Source of the DNA: Octopus sinensis
Lineage: Eukaryota
NCBI RefSeq assembly: GCF_006345805.1
Contig: NC_043001.1
Location: 130,944,001-131,008,000 of the forward strand
Reading direction: 5' to 3'
Length of the DNA stretch: 64,000 nt
Positions 37,791-50,985 of the stretch are shown here, piece by piece. The translations under genes were made by a program, and so were the position numbers. The notes under the pieces are model-generated. The model was not told where the DNA came from and did not search any database. It was given only the letters and a program-made list of their open reading frames with translations. Numbering within the stretch: the first letter of the stretch is position 1; every line of letters starts with the position of its first letter.

Positions 37791-38541
37791 CACCACCCCG
37801 CTCACACTGACCACTTCCCAGTACCCACACCAGCACACACACTAGCACTGACTACTTCTCAGCACCTACACCATCATCCACACACCTGCACATGCACACA
37901 CACACATCAAGGTCACCATCCCCCTTCCTAATGCACATACACACTCTCACATACACACGCACAAGAACCTTCACTTTGGGATCACCACTACTTTATTATC
38001 TCCCCTCCTTCCTAGCTCTCCTGTGTGACACGTCTGTCCAGCATTTGCCATGATAGATCACTAGCCACTAAACCTTTTTCTATTTTCTATCTCTGTTTAT
38101 TTCTGTGTTCCTTTCTGTCAAAGAGTGTAGGCTCAAAACATGCAAAGGTAATGGCTGATTTTTTAGAAAATAGTTTTAGATAGCATTTTTTAAAATTGTA
38201 CCTCTTACAATGTTTTGAAAATGTCACAAGGAGTAACTTATACATTTTTCTTTCAAATTCTGATTGTATTGGCCATATATATATATATATATATATATAG
38301 GAACATGTGCCCAAAGCCCAACGATTTCTTGGAGACACAAGGTGTGTCTTAAAACCTGCCTAAATATCTTCAATGTATGAAACTATTAGCTGCTCATAAC
38401 TGTGTACATTAAACTATATATATATATATATAAAGTATAAGAGCAATATTGGATAATAAAGCCAATTATATTTATGATATACTTACAGAAAATAGATTTA
38501 AATAATTTACAATATACCTTTTGCACAACAAATATTTAAAC

Positions 38542-38582
<41 letters not shown>

Positions 38583-38834
38583 ATAAATATTGCTAAAACA
38601 AAAACTGAGCTAAATATACAATTCAAAATATCTAATACTGCTTCTTGTTAAATACTAATTTATATCTCACAAGATGGAGCACTTTTTTGTTGAATTTTCT
38701 ATCATAGAAAAGTAAATTTTATATATATATATATATATTATATATATATATATGTATATAATATATATATATATTATATATATATATATATAATATATAT
38801 ATATACATATATATATGCATATATATATATATAT

Positions 38835-38877
<43 letters not shown>

Positions 38878-38886
38878 AAGGAGTTC

Positions 38887-38938
38887 TGAGCTGATGATAG
38901 AAATGTCGAGTTGACTAATCTTGAAACGTACGTTCTCA
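38887..38938 (+). ncRNA. Type I hammerhead-ribozyme-like motif with palindromic stem III
   Basis: tgag CTGATGA t aga aat gtc [gagtt] gac taa tct t GAA ACGTACGT T ctca. Core intact, stem III ACGUACGU is self-complementary, cleavage triplet GUU, stem I tgag/ctca. Confidence 0.65.
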
Positions 38939-39436
38939 AATACCTTTGCATTTGATTTTTTAATGTCTTTACCCCCATACTTTCGTGAGTTGAATTGAGC
39001 AACACTATATGAGAGAGGTTTCTTTAAGTATTAGAAATAGTTTTAAAAAAGTTTTTTTAGCTACTATTTCTAATGAGTTCAGTATGCGGCAAAGTAATTT
39101 ATTTTACTAAGCCCTTTATATAATGTAATAATTTGAATTCGCCTTAAATGGTCCCTTTGCATACTGAATACTTGGTGAAATTGATTAATAATTAATTAAT
39201 TTTACCCTCAATTGTTGAAATCATATTATATTATTATATATTATATATTATATATATATATATATGTATAATATATATATATATATATTCTCCTTACAAG
39301 AATACATCTAAAACATATCTATAATAGATGCAGACACACACACCAGCAAAAAAGACAAAACAAAAATTTTATCTCAACTGATGACAACAATGAGAACTAC
39401 CACAGCCATCATCATCCTCATTATTACTATTATTAC

Positions 39437-39467
<31 letters not shown>

Positions 39468-39882
39468 GTTATTGCTATTGCTGTTATTAGTCTTTTCTGA
39501 CTTTCACATCATCAACCTTAATCAACATTGCTACAAATGTCATATCATTACCATCATTATCATCATCAACAACATCTTGATTGCCACAATCAGTTCGATC
39601 GACAGCCTCAATAATATTATCATAGGTGTAATTCTTTTCAGTTTTTCTTTGCATTTAACTGTTTCTCAAATTAGAAAAAGAAAAAAATGAAATACGATGC
39701 AAAGATAAAAGAAAATGAATCCTTAGTAGTACTTGAAATATTTTAAAACTATCTAAACTCTAATACATACATACATATATATATATATACATACATGCAT
39801 ATATATATATATACACACACATACATAAGCACACACAAGAATACATGTGTAAATACAAAGATATACACATATATAAATATAC

Positions 39883-39913
<31 letters not shown>

Positions 39914-40243
39914 TAAGCACACACATATAAATACAAAGATCTACACATATATAAATATACATATATACATATTTGTATATATATACAAATATATATATAT
40001 ACAAACACAGATATGCCATATATATACTATATATATTATATATATATTATTATATATATGCACATAAGGTCATACATGTATAAATACAAAGATATACACA
40101 ATATGTGTATATATATATATATATATACACACATAAGCTCACACATGTATAATACAGGATATATGCATAATGGATGTGTGTATTTATATATATATATATA
40201 TATATATACACACCATACACAGATATACAAATATATTTATATA

Positions 40244-40300
<57 letters not shown>

Positions 40301-41001
40301 ACATATATATTATATATACAATATATACACACATATATATATTCACACATACATGCACACCATACACACATACATACATACATACATACATCAATACATA
40401 CAACATAACATACATACATACATACATACATACATACACATACATACATACATACATATATATAAGCCTACACAAGTGATATATTGGTTTCTTTATAAAA
40501 GGAAAGAAAAAAACCCTTCAAGTGAAGCAATGAGAAACTTTTAACTTCTTGCATCTTATTTATTTGCTGTGTTGTTTGTTTGTGTTTGAGTAGTAAGAAA
40601 ATAAAATTAACAACAATAATTTGAAGTTACAACAATATACAACAATAAAAAATGAAACTAAGTAACTATAGAAACCTAAAGAAATTTTAATGAGTATTTT
40701 AAAAATTTGCTACAGTGGGAGGAAGCATGGAACATAAGTGAATTTACATTTTTATTTTTGTTAAGCTTATATATATGCTATTCAGATTATTAACATAGCT
40801 GAAAGACTAAGAAAGTGGGGGTGGGTCACATATGTTTTAGAGAAATTAGTCATGGTTTTAGAGTAGAAGAAGATTAGGAAAATAAATATATAAATAAATG
40901 GAAAAAAAAAAAAAATAGCAGGGTTCCAATTTAGGAAAAAAAAAACAAACTTAGAATTTTCTTTTTGGAATCAATTTGTTATGAAATGTGTTGAGCATGT
41001 A

Positions 41002-41055
<54 letters not shown>

Positions 41056-42063
41056 CACACACAAACATACACATAAATATATATGTGCATGTGTATGTAT
41101 TTATTCAGATATATGTGTGTTTATTTATGTATTTATGTATTTATATATATGTATATGTATTTATATATATTTATATGTATATGTATTTATATATATATAT
41201 ATATAAGTATATGTTTATATATATGTGTGTGTGTGTCTGTGTATCTATGTATATATATATATTTACATGTATGTATGTGTAAATATATCTATATATATAC
41301 ATGTATGTGTGTGTATGTACATGATAAACTAAGCCATATTTCTGCAATGCAAGTATTGATGAAAATGACTCCAAAGTTTCATTAATTGCTTGTTTTCATT
41401 AAAAAATATATCAACTTGAAATCTTTGTAATTTCATGATATAAGTTCTCTATTTCTGGTTGTTCTTGTTTCAAGAAATTTTATTTAGCTTTGCTGTGAGT
41501 TAATGAGAATGTTATTTCTTTTAGTTTTTTTTTTTTTTTTTTCCTGCTGGAGTATTTCTTACGGTGTATGGACTTGATTTCAAGTATATATAATGAATTT
41601 TTAATAAGAGCAATTTAAGCAGTTTGTAGATCATTTAAGCTTGTTGTAATCTTTGCTATTATTGTTGCTATTGTAAATGTCTATGCTGAAGTAATCATTA
41701 TATCAAAGAGTTGAAATTGCTAAGCAGCTAAAGTATAACATTACTAAAGTATAGATTACTGTATCATCTGTTTGAATGCAGTCAAATATCAGTTAATATC
41801 CAGAATAAATCATCAGGTAGGTTTAGAGTTTGCAATTAATGTAATAATTACAAATTATCCACACATAATAATTAGTTTTTGTCTATATATTTGTTATCAT
41901 CATAGTAAGGATATAATGTGGAAATTGCAGAATGAGTAAATAAAGATTGATTAACAGAGATTAGAAGTAAAATAAAAGGTAGTGGAAGGATGAAGTCTTT
42001 ACCTATCACACTTGACTAAAACATCACATGGCTAGTGATTTTGAGAAGGGGTTAGTTAATACC

Positions 42064-42546
42064 TATTTCTTTACTACCCACAAGGAACTAAACACAGAGG
42101 AGACAAACAAGGACAGACAAATGGATTAAGTCGATTATATTGACCCCAGTGCGTAACTGGTACTTAGTTTATCGACCCCGAAAGGATGAAAGGCAAAGTC
42201 GACCTTGGCGGAATTTGAACTCAGAACGTAACGGCAGACGAAATACGGCTACGCATTTCGCCCGGCGTGCTAACGTTTCTGCCAGCTCACCGCCTTAGGG
42301 GTTAGTTAATACCTATTTCTTTATTACCCACAAGGGGCTAAACACAGAGGGGACAAACAAGGACAGACATAGGTATTAAGTCGATTACATCGACCCCAGT
42401 GCGTAACTGGTACTTAATTTATCGACCCTGAAAGGATGAAAGGCAAAGTCGACCTCGGCGGAATTTGAACCCAGAACGTAACGGCAGACGAAATACGGCT
42501 ACGCATTTCGCCCGGCGTGCTAACGTTTCTGCCAGCTCGCCGCCTT
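42064..42546 (-). mobile_element. Two family-A SINEs in tandem, bounded by three copies of a 17-bp target
   Basis: aggggttagttaatacc at 42047, 42297 and 42547 (250-bp period). SINEs at 42064-42296 and 42314-42546. Confidence 0.93.
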
Positions 42547-43208
42547 AGGGGTTAGTTAATACCATTGATAAGTACTAGGCTGATAGTGGTATTTTATGAA
42601 CCCTGGATAGATGAAAGTTAAAGTTGGACTTGTGGGATTTGAACTAAAAATCTGAAGCCCAAGAAGAAATACTGAAAGGGGTTTTGTTTGATTTTCTAAT
42701 GATTCTGTAAGTGTGCAGCTTTATGATAATTGTTTTTACTTTAGGTGCAAATCTATTGATTTTGAGAGAAAGGAGTTGGCTTATTACATTGGCCTTAGTA
42801 TTTGACTGGTACTTTATTTTATCAACCCTAGAGGGGTGAAAGACAAAAGTTTTCCAATGCTCCAACAATTTTGCCAGCTCACTGCCCTTTTACTACTACT
42901 ACTACTACTACTACTAATGATAATAAAGATAATAATAATAATATCATTAATAATAATACTAATAATAATAATAATTATAATTATAATAATAATACTTTCC
43001 ACTTGAGGCACAAGGCCAGAAAATTTCAGGGGAGGGGACTAGTCGATTACATCGACGCCAGTGTTCAACTGATACTTATTTTATCGACCCCCAAAGGGAT
43101 GAAAAGGCAAAGTTGACTTTGATGGAATTTGAACTCAGAACATAACAACAGACGGAATACCACTAAGCATTTTGTCCAGCATGCAAATGATTCTGCCAGC
43201 TTGCTGCC

Positions 43209-43297
<89 letters not shown>

Positions 43298-43624
43298 TAA
43301 TAATAATGATAATAATAATAATAATGATAATAATAATGATGATAATAATAATAATAATAATAATGGTTTCAAATTTTGCCACAAGGATAGCAATTTTGGG
43401 GTAGGGGGTGAGTCAATTACATCAACCCCAGTGTTCAACCAGTATACTTCTCTTATCAAACCAAAAGGATGAAAGGCAAAGTTAACTTCAGCAGAATTTG
43501 AACTCAGAATGTAAAGCCAGAAGAAATGCAACCAAGCATTTTGTCTAGCCTGCTATTGATTCTTCTGTCTCACTGCCAATGGAAATCCCATGCCCTTGTG
43601 CCCTCAAATTTGAAACCATTATTA

Positions 43625-44610
43625 CTATTCAGTTTGATTCAGGTTTGGACTTATTCCTGGTAGAATTTATGTGGGTAACCTTAGATATCAACAAACTTTC
43701 AGTACTCTTCCAAGTGCTCAAAACTTTTCTGATAATCTTTCTTGTTTCTAAGAGGCAAACTTTCTGAAGAAGTTCTATGGGACATTCCATTCCAATCACC
43801 ATCAACCGTTTGTCTATAACATTACTCACAGTTCCTATTACACATCTTTAGACCGCTCTGACGTCACAAGGATGTTTGCAAAAGGAACATGAAGGCCTGC
43901 AACATCAATATTAGCGGTTGGGAAGCAATTGCCGGCAACCGTGGAGACTGGCGACGTACTGTAAGAGAGGTAATACAAAGGAGTGACAGAGAGAGAGAGA
44001 GGAGAAATGGAAAGACAAGAAAAGACGTCAACAAGAAACTATGGCATTACAACCAGCCAGGAACAGTCTTCGCTACATTTGCGGTACCTGCCAGAGGGAG
44101 TGTTTGTCCAGGATAGGACTACACAGCAACAGCAGGAAATGTATCAGGACATGAAATGTAAAAGCCGGACTAGACTACTTTATGTGCAACTCCATTGTCT
44201 CCCGAGACAAAAAGGATGCCAACCAACCAACCAACCAACCAACCAACAGTTTGCATATTCTGACTTCTTACAATTTCAAATTCTAAGGGACTATATTTTT
44301 TTAATTTTTTTTTATTTTCTTTCTTCACAATCCTGAAATCAAACAAACACGATGGATAAATTAGTAAGCAACTTTGCCTTTCCTTGTCAATTATTATTAT
44401 ATCTGGATTATTATTTTCTATCTTCTTATATCCATTTGAACAGGAAAATCCTATAAAATCTTGCATGTTTCCAATTCAAACACTCTTTCAAGTACTTCCA
44501 ACTTCAAATCCACATTTCTAACAAAGCTTCCATTGCAAAACTTTCACAACTTGGTCGTGTCTCCATTTCTTAAATTCTCTTTGAACCAACTTGGGACATT
44601 CTGCAACAAT
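43625..44610 (-). mobile_element. R4/Dong-like (RLE endonuclease) LINE 3' relic, interrupted
   Basis: 44610-44250 gives ...ECPKLVQREFKKWRHDQVVKVLQWKLC and, after frameshifts, IENNNPDIIIIDKERQSCLLI.PSCLFDFRIVKKE...KYSPLEFEIV. 43840-43700 gives GVIGTVSNVIDKRLMVIGMECPIELLQKVCLLETRKIIRKVL. Confidence 0.85.
43845..44246 (+). mobile_element. RTE (BovB-like) LINE 3' end nested in the R4 relic
   Basis: RHKDVCKRNMKACNINISGWEAIAGNRGDWRRTV, then after a frameshift YICGTCQRECLSRIGLHSNSRKC. Tail ccattgtctcccgagacaaaaaggatg(ccaa)n. Confidence 0.88.
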
Positions 44611-46020
44611 GTGTGCCACAAAGACACAAACATATAGATAGATAGATACATTCATACATACATACACACATACATACGTACATACATATATATATGTAAG
44701 TATGTATGGATGGATAGATAAATAGATAGATAGAGAGATACGTCAGTGCCTGTATATCTTTATATCTGTATTTGTCCCCCATCATCGCTTGACAACTGGT
44801 AATGGTTTGTTTACATCCCTGTAACTTAACAGTTCAGCAGAAGTGACCAATAAAATGAGTGCCAGGCTTAAAAATAAGTTTTGGGATCGATTAATTCGAC
44901 TAAAAGTTCTTCACGGTGCTGCCCCCATATGGTTGCTGTCTAATGATTGAAACAAGTAAAAAGTAAAAAGTATAGGAAGAATGTCAGTGATTTCATCATA
45001 AAATTTGTTTCAATTTACTCTGGACACTTTGTAAAAAATGCAGATGCAACACTTCAGACAAGTGGTACAATCAGGAACCAGAAATGACTCTGTACAAACC
45101 TGGTAAACCAAAAGTTCTATAAGATTTTGACATCCAGATAGACAGAAGTGCTGAACTTTGCAGACTATATGCCATTAGGCATGACATAAATATAAAAGTA
45201 AAAAAAACTGTCTCATAATAAATGCACGGGTGTGGCCTTGTGGTAAGTGGTTTGCTTACCAAATGCATGGTTCCACATTTAGTCCCACTGTGTGGAACCT
45301 TGGGCAAGTGTCTCCTACTATAGCCTCGGGTTGACTGAAACCTTGTGAGTGAATTTGTTATACAGAAAATGAAAGAAGCACTGGAAACGTTAGCGCACTG
45401 GGCGAAACAACAGTATTTCGTCTGTCTTTATATTTTTAAATAAATGTAGGAGTGGCTGTGTGGTAAGTAGCTTGCTAAAGAACCACATGGTCAACTAAAA
45501 GCGGTGCTCCAGCATAGCCACAGTCAAATGACTGAAACAAGTAAAAGAGTGTAAATATACATATATATGACAAGAAATAATTTTCATTTTTTTTATGGAA
45601 ACAAAAAAAAAGGTATGTAGGACTGCAAAAAACGAAGTAGTCAAGCAAAATTGAGACAGAGACAAAAAAAATCATTGATTAGAGATCAAACATCAAATTC
45701 GAACCAACGACTGTATATAACCCCACACTTCTATACATTTCATCAAATACAAATAATACCATGACCTTCAACATATAAAAGAAACATACATATATAAACA
45801 CTGAAGGTTAGAAATATATATATGCACATATGAAAATACAAAATATATAGTAGGACCTGTCTGGAAAAAGTATATACAAATCAACAAAAGTAGGTGATCA
45901 AAATGAATTATTAAAACATATCAATCTACTAACAAATTTCCTTTTGATCACCAATTTTAGTCAATTTGTATATAATTTTTCCGGACAGGCCCTTCTATAT
46001 ACTTTGTATTTTTATATACT

Positions 46021-46481
46021 CTTTACCCTTTTACTCTTTTACTTGTTTCAGTCATTTGACTGTGGCCATGCTGGAGCACCGCCTTTAGTCGAGCAAATTG
46101 ACCCCGGGACTTATTCTTTGTAAGCCCAGTACTTATTCTATCGGTCTCTTTTGTCGAACCGCTAAGTGACGGGAACGTAAACACACCAGCATCGGTTGTC
46201 AAGCAATGCTAGGGGGACAAACACAGACACACAAACATATACACACACACTTATATATATATATATATATATACATATATACGACAGGCTTCTGTCAGTT
46301 TCCTTCTACCAAATCCACTCACAAGGCATTGGTCGGCTCGGGGCTATAGCAGAAGACACTTGCCCAAGGTTCCACGCAGTGGGACTGAACCCGGAACCAT
46401 GTGGTTGGTTAGCAAGCTACTTACCACACAGCCACTCCAACGCCTATGCAAGCTACTTACCACACAGCCACTCCTGCACCT
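46021..46481 (-). mobile_element. OK-like SINE with duplicated 36-bp 5' head
   Basis: gcaagctacttaccacacagccactcc at 46412 and 46448. Confidence 0.9.
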
Positions 46482-47125
46482 ATATATATGCATATATATA
46501 TATATTTGTTGAAATGGAAAGATGAATTTTCTTGTTACAGATTATTCAAAAGTTTAACCGATACCTGGGTAGCAAAAATCACAGCAGAAAAAAAACACAG
46601 TTGGAGATAAGACCATATGGTGTTGCAACCGTGCGTTGGTGCGGATAATTGAAGTTTAATATAATTAGTGAATGGAAGAAATGGAGTTGAACGAAGATTG
46701 TACAGAATTCCTTTTATATATATATATATATATATAACTTCATATATATATATATATATAATATATATATATATATATAACTTCATATATATATATATAT
46801 ATATCTATATTTTATCTTCTGTGCTTATATATGTATTTCTTTTATATGTTGAAGGCCATGGTATTATTTGTATATGATGCAATGCGTGAGGTTATATAAA
46901 GTTGTTGGCCTGAATTTCATGTTTGTTCCGTAATCGGTGATTTTTATGTATATATATATATATATACATATTTCGTTTTTGAATTTGAGTCAACAATATT
47001 TGAAAAGGTTGCAAGATGCAATGAAAATTTTAGGAAAAATAAATAAGTAAATGAGTGGAAACTTTACCAGTGAGTGTGTTAAATAATAAGGCACTAAAAG
47101 AGAATGACTCTCCCCAGACACAACA

Positions 47126-47219
<94 letters not shown>

Positions 47220-47374
47220 CATCATCATCATCATCATCATTTAGCGTCCGTTTTCCATGCTAGCATGGGTTGGACGGTTCAACTGGGGTCTGGGGAGCCC
47301 GAAGGCTGCACCAGGCCAGTCAGATCTGGCAGTGTTTCTACAGCTGGATGCCCTTCCTAACGCCAACCACTCCG
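47220..47374 (-). mobile_element. Family-E element
   Basis: (cat)n ttagcgtccgttttccatgctagcatggg...cctaacgccaaccactccg. Confidence 0.88.
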
Positions 47375-48045
47375 TGTGTGAGTGTGTGTATGTGTGTATG
47401 TATGTATATATGTGTCTGAGTTTGCCCCCTCACCATCACTTGATAACCCAACCGGTGTTGGTGTGTTTCTGTCCCTGTAACGTACATGTTCAGCAAAAGA
47501 GACTGAATGAATAAGTATTAGGTTCACATATAATAAGTAATGGGGTTGATTTCTTTGGCTAAAACTCTTTAAGGCAGTGCTCCAGTATGGCCACAGTCAA
47601 ATGACTGAAACAAGTAAAAGAATAAAACGATAAAACAATATATGTGGCAATTTTATTGGATAACAATACAGATAAGAAATAGAAAAAAAATTTGGAGTAT
47701 CTTTTATCTTTTACATGTTTCAGTCATTAGACTATGGCCATGCTGGAGCATTACATTGAGGAATATTAGTCAAACTAATTGACACCAAAGCCAGGTAATT
47801 ATTTTATGGATCTCTTTTTTTTTTCATAGAACCACAGACATAAACACCAGCACTGGTCATTAAGTGGTGGTGGTGGTGGTGGTGGGAGGGGGAAACACAG
47901 ATACAAAGACACGCACACACACACACAAGAATTGGGTGAGTGTGTGTGTTGTATGGATCGCTTTCTTATAGAACCCTTAAGTTATGGGGACATAAATACA
48001 CCAACACCAGTCATCAAGTGGGGAAGAGGACAAACAGACACAAAG

Positions 48046-48077
<32 letters not shown>

Positions 48078-48266
48078 CAATAATTGAGGGTAAAATTAAT
48101 TAGTTATTAATCAATTTCACCAAGTAGTGTTCAGTTTGTTAAAGGACCATTTAAGGCGTATTCAAAATATTACATTATATAATTAGGGCTTAGTAAAATA
48201 AATTACTTTGCCACATACTGAACTTTCTAGAAATAGCAGCCAAAAAGTTTTTTAGCCATTTCCACT

Positions 48267-48318
<52 letters not shown>

Positions 48319-48890
48319 ATGGGCTTCTTTCAGTTTCCATCTCTCAAATCCACTCATAACACTTGGGTAGGCCTGAGGCTACAATAGAAGACACTTGCCC
48401 AAGGTGCCATGCAGTGGAACTGAACTCAGAAGCATGTAGTTGGGAATCAAGCTTCTTACCATACATACATGAACGCACTTATTTATTGCCTGATTTAAAA
48501 GTAAACAATGTCACAAATATTTATTAGGATGACCAGCAAGAACTGTGCATGTAATACCAGTTATTATCAGAGGATAGGGCTTTATCCAAAATGAGAAAAA
48601 AAAATCTGTCATGCTATCTCGTACAGCTGGATAGCAAGACATGCATGTGCTCCAAAAATGTACCTCCATTGGAACATCTTATATTCTTGGAAGTGTACTT
48701 TCTGTCTTCAAACCTTTTGTTAAAGATTGACAAACGATGATGCAATAACAAAAAAAATAAGTATTCATACTGATACTGTGCAATGAAATTTAGTAGCAGT
48801 AGTAGTAGTAGTAGTTTCTTTTATTAGCCACAAGGTAACAGACGAAGGGAACATCACAAAGACAGTTCACAATTTACATGGGGGTTTACA

Positions 48891-49286
48891 TCTTTATATA
48901 TAAAAGTGAAGTTGTGTGTCTGTCTCCTATGATTTAGATTCCTAACTACTCCCACATTTTGCGGTGCAGTGTAACCAAAACCGAGTATCTTATTGTCGTG
49001 ATTCATATCGAGCCCTTCTGGGTATTAGCGCATGTCTACGATGAGTCTACGATTTAAAAAAAAATTTACCATCATTTTTTTCCATTTTAATGCATTTTTT
49101 CGCTATTATATAAGGGAAGTAAATCTCTAAAAATGTCTACAATGAGTCAACGATTTAAAAAAAAATTACCATCATTATTTTCCCATTTTTAATGCATTTT
49201 TTGCTATTTTTTGGCTATAACTCTCTAAAAATGCTTATATAGTTATTTCCCTTACAAACCCGAGCAACGCCGGGCGATACAGCTAG
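48891..49286 (+). mobile_element. Non-autonomous Helitron (complete), second copy
   Basis: A|TCtttatatataaaag ... cccgagcaacgccgggcgatacagCTAG|T. Homologous along its length to 26690-27091. Confidence 0.9.
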
Positions 49287-49367
49287 TAAATGATAAAGAG
49301 AAAGAAATGGGAGATGACAAAATGCAATAAAAGTATACAAAGTATGTAACATGAATGACACAGCCTT

Positions 49368-49662
49368 GATGATGATGATGATAATGATGACAATGATGAT
49401 GATGATGATGATGTCGACGACGACGATGTTGATGATAATGATGATGACACTGATGAGGATGATAATGATGACAACAATGATGATGATGATGATGTTGATG
49501 ATGATGACGACGATGATGATGATGGCAGTGATGATGAGGACACTGATGAGGATGATAATGATGACAACAATGATGATGACAATGATGGTGATGATATCGA
49601 CGAAGACGATGTTGATGATAATGATGATGACACCGATGAGGATGATAATGATGACAACAATG

Positions 49663-49694
<32 letters not shown>
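49368..49694. repeat. Degenerate (GAT)n array with higher-order repeats
   Basis: Recurrent block gac(a/c)c(t/c)gatgaggatgataatgatgacaacaatgatgat three times. Confidence 0.92.
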
Positions 49695-49695
<1 letters not shown>

Positions 49696-50249
49696 ACCAC
49701 AACCACTACTTCTTTTACTCTGCCTTTTTTAAAAATTTTTATGTACTCCTAAATATTGCCCCTGAAATTCAAACTAGATACTATCATATCTCTAGGATTT
49801 AACTGGTTTCAGATTGTTAAAGGTAGACTAAACCGTGAATGAGTAAACCGGAAAAACCACACCTCACACATCTGCCAGCAAACACATGCTCACATCACAT
49901 ACACACACATACACCTACTTCTCCATATAGACATAAGCCCATGAATACACACACACACACACACACACACACCACACACACACACACACACACTTATACA
50001 TATATATATGCAAAATGCGAATGAATGTAATTAGAAGAGAATTATGAATAATTAATGAAGCCTAAAAGCATTAAGAATATGCAAAATGCTATCCTCATTA
50101 AATTTGCTTCATTAATCACATATTAGCAGAAAGTAGGTCAAGCGAGATGCGATATAGATCAACGATGGGTGACTATCATTTCAAAATCAATTGTTCACAG
50201 CTTGGATTTCTGTTAATTTTCTCTTTACTTTGTATCCACAAATTTGTTA

Positions 50250-50487
50250 CATATATATATATACATACATATATATCTATATCTATATATATATGTGTGT
50301 ATATATATATGTGTATATATATATATATTATATATATACGCGTATATATATATATGCACATATATGTATAAATATATATATATATATATATATATACATA
50401 CATATATATCTATATCTATATATATATATATACATATATATGTGTGTGTATGTATGTATATATGTGTGCATATATATATATATATAT

Positions 50488-50533
<46 letters not shown>

Positions 50534-50536
50534 CTA

Positions 50537-50613
<77 letters not shown>

Positions 50614-50878
50614 TATATACGTATATATATATATATATATACACACACACATATATATGTACTATTATGTATACACACATTTGTGTTATAGATATATATA
50701 CATATATATGTGTGTGTATGTATGTATATATATGTATGTATGTATGTATGTATATATATTCACATATGTGTATGTATGTGTACGTGTGTATATATGTGTG
50801 TATATATATATATGTATATGTATATATGTGTATATATATATATACATGTACGTGCCTATGTATATATGTATGTATATA

Positions 50879-50932
<54 letters not shown>

Positions 50933-50985
50933 TGCATATAAGTATATGTATGCATGTATGCATGCATATATGTGTATGTATGTAG
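50250..50985. repeat. Very long compound (TA)n/(TG)n/(TATG)n microsatellite
   Basis: Direct reading. Similar tracts occur at 11870-12480, 13085-13490, 20330-20680, 39770-40460 and 41000-41320. Confidence 0.97.

Noticed and set aside
49215-49752. Poly-Met, poly-Ser and poly-Ile ORFs over the GAT array
   Set aside because: Alternative frames of the same triplet repeat.
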